From the IMG/VR virus record IMGVR_UViG_3300037851_000404, positions 1 to 46,626 of that record: a stretch of 46,626 nt of DNA; one strand, 5' to 3'. Below the pieces are notes generated by a model. That model did no database searches. It saw only the letters and a list, made by a program, of their open reading frames with translations, and was not told the origin of the DNA. The position numbers and the translations under genes were made by a program. Shown piece after piece: positions 42,318 through 46,626 of this stretch (positions within the stretch are counted from its first letter, which is position 1; the number at the start of each line of letters is the position of its first letter). This DNA is from a virus.

Positions 42318-42683
42318 TTACTCGTTCTCGTTCTCGGACTCTTCGAGCTTCTTCTCGAGTTCGTCTGCCTGATCGTCCATGCCCATTTCTCGCAACACCT
42401 TGATTCCGGCAAGAATCTTCTCCCGCTTGGACACAATTTTCTTGCCCGCATCACCGGCTTGAATTGTTGTTCCGTCTAAGGCCTCGAGTTCCGCAACCGA
42501 CAGACCCCGCGCCGGACGCTGGAACGCAATTACCCGGTTGGAAACGAGCCACGCTTTAACCTCGTTATCCGGCACGTTTGCAAAGTCAAATCCCATTTTG
42601 ATAGTGACGGATTCGCCATTGTCCAAGGTGGTTTTAAACGAGTGGTAAACTACGCCGATCATTTTGCCGATGGTATTAGCCAT
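42318..42683 (-). CDS. Hypothetical first leftward early protein (GC-rich, acidic C-terminus)
   Basis: 121 aa from the ATG at 42683 (AGGTG RBS); the track ORF starts at GTG 42692. It has its own promoter candidate and terminator. Confidence 0.55.
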   Translation of the reverse strand: MANTIGKMIGVVYHSFKTTLDNGESVTIKMGFDFANVPDNEVKAWLVSNRVIAFQRPARGLSVAELEALDGTTIQAGDAGKKIVSKREKILAGIKVLREMGMDDQADELEKKLEESENENE

Positions 42684-42815
42684 AAGATTCACCTACCCTT
42701 TCAATTAGTTACGGTTGAATCGGATGGCTAGCATCTAGCACCGTTTCGGCACAACCCCCTAGGCCTAAACGTCCTAGGGCTTCAAATTGTCAAAGAACAT
42801 CAAAATTTTGATTCA

Positions 42816-42844
42816 ATCATCGCATATCAATATCTAGTTGTCAA
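42816..42844 (-). promoter_or_regulatory. Candidate leftward early promoter
   Basis: The minus strand reads TTGACA-N17-GATGAT with TGc just before the -10. It has the same architecture as the other two promoters. Confidence 0.4.
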
Positions 42845-42990
42845 TAAAAATCGTAAGTCATTGAAATCATTACGAATTATCTAGCCCACAATTTCGATGG
42901 GGGAGTTTTTCGCCAAAGTCCGCGCGGTTAGCCCCAAAACATTTTGTCCCAAAAAACTAATCTAAATTCCCAAATTTTCCCAATTATCGA

Positions 42991-43018
42991 TCACTGCTCA
43001 CTGCTCACTAATCATTGA
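42991..43018. repeat. Four tandem heptamers TCACTGC TCACTGC TCACTAA TCATTGA
   Basis: Read directly in the divergent control region. Confidence 0.7.
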
Positions 43019-43064
43019 TTGGAGTGGGAATGGGAGAAAGGGATTGAGATGGGGAAATGGAGGA

Positions 43065-43087
43065 GTTGATTAAATTGTTTAATTAAC
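43065..43087. repeat. 23-bp AT-rich palindromic boundary motif, copy 15
   Basis: GTTGATTAAATTGTTTAATTAAC, 28 nt upstream of the -35 of the rightward promoter. Confidence 0.8.
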
Positions 43088-43114
43088 TGGAATACTTTTT
43101 CGAAAATTATTACG

Positions 43115-43143
43115 TTGACAACTAGGAACTAAAATGTTATGAT
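43115..43143 (+). promoter_or_regulatory. Sigma70-type rightward early promoter with extended -10
   Basis: TTGACA-N17-TATGAT with TGt before the -10. It lies about 48 nt upstream of the ATG at 43191. Confidence 0.65.
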
Positions 43144-43190
43144 GATGTTGGTTTAGGTGCAAGGTGTACTTAGTAGATTGAGGTCAAGAG

Positions 43191-43712
43191 ATGTCAGAGC
43201 GAACTTCATTATACGGGTTTGAGTTTAGGGAAGTCGACGAACGGAGGGTCGAGAATCGCTCTTTTGACATCAAACAGCTTTGGCAGCGATCTCATGAAAT
43301 CATTGGCTTGGCCCTCCAAGGGTTGAAACAAACTGAGATTGCAAAAATCTTAAACGTCACTCCTGCAACTGTCAGCAATACGCTCAACTCGCAGCTCGGC
43401 AAGGAGAAACTTTCTCTAATGCGCGAAGAGAAAGACGAGCACTATAAAAAGGTCAATGAGGAGATTAGAAAGCTCACTATCAAAGCTCTCGACACTTACC
43501 ACAAGCTCTTTGACTCTCCTTCCATCGACGCTGAGTTGAAAAAAGAAACTGCTGACACAGTCTTGATGGACATAGCTGGAATGCGTGCTCCGACCAAAGT
43601 CGACACTCGCACTCTCCACGCTCATGCCACGCTTGAGGAAATTCAGGAATTCAAAGAAAGAGGAATCAGAGCAGCTAGAGAAGCAGGGCTTTTGGTTGAC
43701 ATAGATGCTTAA
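43191..43712 (+). CDS. HTH DNA-binding protein (LuxR / sigma70 region 4-like); candidate regulator or small terminase
   Basis: 173 aa. GLKQTEIAKILNVTPATVSNTL helix-turn-helix motif. It is the first gene after the strong promoter. Confidence 0.5.
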   Translation: MSERTSLYGFEFREVDERRVENRSFDIKQLWQRSHEIIGLALQGLKQTEIAKILNVTPATVSNTLNSQLGKEKLSLMREEKDEHYKKVNEEIRKLTIKALDTYHKLFDSPSIDAELKKETADTVLMDIAGMRAPTKVDTRTLHAHATLEEIQEFKERGIRAAREAGLLVDIDA

Positions 43713-43726
43713 ATCATTTAATCGTC
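43704..43726. repeat. 23-bp AT-rich palindromic boundary motif, copy 16 (degenerate)
   Basis: GATGCTTAAATCATTTAATCGTC. Contains the stop at 43710-43712 and lies 12 nt upstream of the ATG at 43739. Confidence 0.75.
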
Positions 43727-43738
43727 TGGAGGCCTAAG

Positions 43739-44131
43739 ATGAAAAAGCAAAGTTATCTCTTAATAGCTCTGGCAACAATCCTCTCCATTTCCTGCACTGC
43801 TTCCTTCAACAAGAATTCCTTTCGCTCCCTCGGCACAATGGCTATCACCTACGATACTGCCCTTCGCTCTGCTGCAGACCTTCACAAGCGAGGATTTATC
43901 TCAGAAGCGGGCAAGCAAAAGATCATTGAAGTCGCTAATTCCTACCAACGAGCTCATAACAACTCCGTCATTGCATTCCAGGAATACCTAACTGCACCTC
44001 CTGAAACCAAAGACTCTGCCAAGCAACACTTTATCACCCTCTCTAGAGTCGCCGTCAGTGCATATACAGAACTAATTTCAATCCTTTCTGCCAATGGCAT
44101 CTATGGCGAACCTGTCGAGCCTTGGTTCTAG
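43739..44131 (+). CDS. Signal-peptide protein, possible lipoprotein
   Basis: 130 aa. MKKQSYLLIALATILSISC, with Cys19 after a non-canonical lipobox. The mature part looks all-alpha. Confidence 0.45.
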   Translation: MKKQSYLLIALATILSISCTASFNKNSFRSLGTMAITYDTALRSAADLHKRGFISEAGKQKIIEVANSYQRAHNNSVIAFQEYLTAPPETKDSAKQHFITLSRVAVSAYTELISILSANGIYGEPVEPWF

Positions 44132-44140
44132 GAGGTCACA

Positions 44141-44311
44141 ATGTCTAACGACGATCAAAGATTAATCGCAGTCCTGGCCATCACTGAGCTGATCCTCCGC
44201 TATGGTGTTCCAGCAGCTCTCCAAATCATCACTGCGTGGAATGTCGAGGAGCCAACTCAGGAGGATTGGGAGACTTTGAAACTCAAAGCTGCTGAGGAAT
44301 ACTTCAAATGA
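44141..44311 (+). CDS. Hypothetical small protein (below the track cutoff)
   Basis: My own translation gives 56 aa, MSNDDQRLIAVLAITELILRYG.... AGGAGG RBS and an ATGA overlap with the next gene. Confidence 0.45.
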   Translation: MSNDDQRLIAVLAITELILRYGVPAALQIITAWNVEEPTQEDWETLKLKAAEEYFK

Positions 44312-44490
44312 TCACCAAGTCCAAAGTCGAAGCAGCCCTTGAACTCCTAAAGCAACCTAGCACCTACAAAGGAATCGTAGGTCTGCTTGGTCTCGCTGGC
44401 GTCACTATTCAGCCTCCCTACTGGGAGTCAATCGTAGCTGGTCTCTCTGCCCTATACTTCCTCATAGCTATCTTCTGGCAGGAGTCCTAA
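44308..44490 (+). CDS. Two-TM small membrane protein (holin-like)
   Basis: 60 aa. Hydrophobic segments GIVGLLGLAGVTI and IVAGLSALYFLIAIFW. Confidence 0.35.
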   Translation: MITKSKVEAALELLKQPSTYKGIVGLLGLAGVTIQPPYWESIVAGLSALYFLIAIFWQES

Positions 44491-44491
44491 G

Positions 44492-45328
44492 ATGATTGAC
44501 TACCTGATCACCGGAGGTAATGGATTCATAGGGAGGAACCTAACTCATTCCCTCTCTACCTCCGGTAAATCTTTCATCGTAGTCGATCTTCGCGCTAACG
44601 GCTTTGCCGTCGAATATACTTACGATGTCACTTATCAAATCCCAAGGATTCAATCCAACACTATCATCCATCTCGCTTCAGAGACCAATGTCCGAGAGTC
44701 CATCAAGCTCCCACTTCACACCTTTCGCAGAAACTGCGAAGGTGTTTTAAATTGCTTAGAAATGATCAGAGACCTAAACCTCTCATCCAGACTCATCTTC
44801 ACCTCGTCAGCAAGTTCATTCAACTCATCTTCACCCTACCTAGCATCCAAACAATCTTGTGAATCCATCTGTAAGGCCTACAAAGAATCCTTCGGCATAG
44901 ACACTCGAATCCTCAAGCTCTCCAACGTCTATGGCCCCTTCTCTGTCCACAAACACAGCGTAATCCCTAAATTCATCAAATCTTGTCTACTCTTCAAGCC
45001 ACTCCAAATCTTTGGCGATGGGACTCAGCAACGAGACTTTGTCCATGTCAGAGATGTCATCAGCTCAATCATAAACGGCCAAGAAGGATTCATCACCTCA
45101 GGCATTGGCACCAGGATCATCGACCTAGCTGAGATGATTTCTTCAATCTCAGACAAGCTCCTCAACTACCGTCCCAAAATAGTCTTCGAAAACTCCATAA
45201 GCGGAGAGGTAAAAGTCCCTAGATTCCTCTCCTCAATAACTCCCTCCATCAATCTCGAAGATGGACTACTCTCAACCTTCAAATGGTTTAAAGAGAACTA
45301 TGAAACTAAACTGCTGGTCAATGCCTGA
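44492..45328 (+). CDS. NAD-dependent sugar-nucleotide epimerase/dehydratase (extended SDR)
   Basis: 278 aa. TGGNGFIG Rossmann motif and catalytic Y-x3-K in SSPYLASK. Confidence 0.75.
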   Translation: MIDYLITGGNGFIGRNLTHSLSTSGKSFIVVDLRANGFAVEYTYDVTYQIPRIQSNTIIHLASETNVRESIKLPLHTFRRNCEGVLNCLEMIRDLNLSSRLIFTSSASSFNSSSPYLASKQSCESICKAYKESFGIDTRILKLSNVYGPFSVHKHSVIPKFIKSCLLFKPLQIFGDGTQQRDFVHVRDVISSIINGQEGFITSGIGTRIIDLAEMISSISDKLLNYRPKIVFENSISGEVKVPRFLSSITPSINLEDGLLSTFKWFKENYETKLLVNA

Positions 45329-45917
45329 AGTCAATCGTGCCGAGAGCACTTGGGGTCAAAAGACTCCTCCATACACTTTGGACATGTTCAACTTTGCAAT
45401 CACCCAGTGCAATAGTTGGCTTGACCTAGGCTGCGGCTTCGGACGATTTCTATCTTACCTCACTTCAGGCATCGAAGATCCAGACTACATCGGCTATGAC
45501 TCTTCAGATTCAATGCTGGAGCGCGTCAAAGAAAATTTCCCCCACTTCAGTCCACGAATCTTCAACCATCCTATAACCAACCCTATCACCAACATCCAAG
45601 AGTCAATCATCTGCAGCGCAGTCTTCATCCACATCACTCTCGAAGACCAGCAAAAGGTCCTAAATAACATCCTAAAAGCCAATCCGAAGCGCTTCACCTT
45701 CGACATTAACTCTCCAGCTGAATCAACTATAATCAAAACTCCCCACTTCGAACGCTTTGTGAGGGGTGCCGAGGGTGCTTTTCGCATGACTTGGCAATCT
45801 CACTACGAAATGACCAGAAAAATCCTTTCAATGTTCAAGTCTTACTCACTCTCAGTCAAATTCTACACTATCAACACCAACAGAATCAAAGCAGTTTACA
45901 TGCTCGAAAGGGCCTAA
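45300..45917 (+). CDS. Class I SAM-dependent methyltransferase
   Basis: Motif I LDLGCGFGR. Start uncertain: ATG at 45300 or 45321, while the track ORF starts at 45261 inside the epimerase gene. Confidence 0.6.
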   Translation: MKLNCWSMPEVNRAESTWGQKTPPYTLDMFNFAITQCNSWLDLGCGFGRFLSYLTSGIEDPDYIGYDSSDSMLERVKENFPHFSPRIFNHPITNPITNIQESIICSAVFIHITLEDQQKVLNNILKANPKRFTFDINSPAESTIIKTPHFERFVRGAEGAFRMTWQSHYEMTRKILSMFKSYSLSVKFYTINTNRIKAVYMLERA

Positions 45918-45918
45918 A

Positions 45919-46626
45919 TTGAAACTTTCAATCATCATCTCTAACCGCAACGACATAGTAATGCTCAATGTCACCCTCAACAATGCCATTGAGATGCTCA
46001 AGACCTTCGATGGCGGTGGTGAGATCATCATCTGTGACAATTCAGACCCTAAGTTCTACGAACTAATGCCTATCGCCTATCCTCTTGGCTGGTTAAAGCA
46101 GGGCCTAGTAAAAGTCATTCGTCAGGAAGAACCCTGTTTCACCAGTGCAAGAATGAAAGCCGCAGAACATGCTCAAGGTGAATACATCTTCTGTATTGAC
46201 TCTCATGTGCTCTTTGGTCTTAACACTCTACGCGATAGTATCTCTTTTATGGATCGCCATGCAGATAATGCCAGACTCGGTTTTGGCCATCCTCCAATAC
46301 GCTGGGCTCACCAAGGTCCAGCCGCCATCAAACATACACTTAAAATAAGCGACAAGGGCCTTCCAAATGGAGGTTGGGACTGCGCTTACAAAACCGAGCG
46401 GAAGATGTTCTGGAAATTCATGCCTTGGATCTGCAGGCGAAGTTGGTTCCTAAACACCCTCCAAGGCTACGGAACTCACGCTACATCTGGTCTTTCTTGG
46501 GGCGGTGCAGAGCAACTAATGCAGATGAAATCCCTCATGATGGGATACGAGAATTGGGCAATCATCACTGACCCAATCATCCACATTGGTCCCTACACTC
46601 CGGCAGTAATTCAGACTGGCCAATAC
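45919..46626 (+). CDS. GT-A glycosyltransferase with ppGalNAc-T-like DxH and WGG-x-E motifs (N-terminal part; continues at 1..391)
   Basis: TTG at 45919, 1 nt after the upstream stop. I translated the frame and it stays open to the window end. KLSIIISNRND, ICDNSD, CIDSH (46198-46206) and SWGGAE (46498-46512). Confidence 0.7.
   Translation, partial: MKLSIIISNRNDIVMLNVTLNNAIEMLKTFDGGGEIIICDNSDPKFYELMPIAYPLGWLKQGLVKVIRQEEPCFTSARMKAAEHAQGEYIFCIDSHVLFGLNTLRDSISFMDRHADNARLGFGHPPIRWAHQGPAAIKHTLKISDKGLPNGGWDCAYKTERKMFWKFMPWICRRSWFLNTLQGYGTHATSGLSWGGAEQLMQMKSLMMGYENWAIITDPIIHIGPYTPAVIQTGQY
46500..46626. repeat. 127-bp terminal direct overlap, identical to 1..127
   Basis: See feature 1..127. Confidence 0.95.

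Noticed and set aside
38814-42683. Possible paralogy between GC-rich proteins 38814..39203 and 42318..42683
   Set aside because: I noticed only a loose W-x-V...R pattern and similar length and composition by eye. That is too weak to claim without an alignment statistic.
42700-42790. tRNA-like T-loop string GGTTGAATC and nearby hairpins
   Set aside because: The flanks do not form a T-stem, and no acceptor or anticodon arm can be drawn. The hairpin is better explained as a leader structure of the early transcript.
40650-43190. CRISPR array or mini-array among the repeats in the noncoding regions
   Set aside because: The repeats are heptamers or single palindromes without regularly spaced unique spacers. 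The 23-bp motif copies are kilobases apart.
43191-43712. Confident call of the HTH protein as small terminase
   Set aside because: It is separated from terL by seven genes and is the first product of an early sigma70 promoter. A role as regulator is at least as likely, so it is left as an HTH protein with two hypotheses.
383-43726. Boundary palindrome as a plain sigma70 extended -10 promoter (TGnTTTAAT)
   Set aside because: The TGn-TTTAAT reading falls on the strand opposite to the local genes in most copies (for example 16451, 17756, 33054, 36459 and 39662). No -35 is associated with it. Many copies end only 1-16 nt before a start codon.
383-43726. PacI-site-rich six-frame stop cassettes as a sign of an engineered or synthetic construct
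   Set aside because: The copies are degenerate in natural-looking ways, and they are integrated into gene termini and a start codon. They sit in a genome with ordinary phage mosaic features. No vector-like sequence is seen.

Overview
This window is a complete tailed-phage genome with a podovirus-like layout. Bases 1-127 are identical to 46500-46626, so the unique length is 46,499 bp. The glycosyltransferase gene at 45919..46626 continues at 1..391 across the circular junction.

Two divergent arms start in a 498-bp control region (42693-43190) and converge at 24894/24904.
- Rightward (+) arm: HTH early gene, small membrane proteins, a sugar-modification cassette (SDR epimerase, SAM methyltransferase, GT-A glycosyltransferase), TerL, a block of signal-peptide and mucin-like (PTT-repeat) proteins, portal, scaffold, capsid, tail proteins, and ejection proteins including a 2000-aa SLT/HExxH polyvalent protein.
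- Leftward (-) arm: many small early ORFs, ATP-dependent ligase, HIRAN protein, Cas4-like nuclease, AAA_24 ATPase, DUF669-like SSB candidate, dCMP deaminase, an SQD1/SqdB-like UDP-sulfoquinovose synthase homolog, ParB-DNA methyltransferase fusion, UDG-like/PolA fusion polymerase, MazG-like protein and a DUF3987-like ATPase.

I could not recognise an integrase, repressor, phage RNA polymerase, primase, thymidylate synthase, tRNA or CRISPR array.

The most interesting signals are:
1. A candidate virion or secreted-protein O-glycosylation system: a glycosyltransferase with ppGalNAc-T-like DSH and WGG-x-E motifs, an epimerase, a methyltransferase, a second CstII/Maf-like transferase, and at least four Pro/Thr mucin-like tracts in structural-module proteins.
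2. A 23-bp AT-rich palindrome present 16 times, always at gene boundaries, carrying stops in all six frames.
3. An apparently catalytically intact SQD1-like gene inside the replication module.
4. GC-rich islands covering the capsid gene and several self-contained left-arm genes.
5. An ori-like noncoding region with a T19 tract inside a 17-bp inverted repeat.

All family assignments come from motif recognition by eye and need HMM or structure confirmation.
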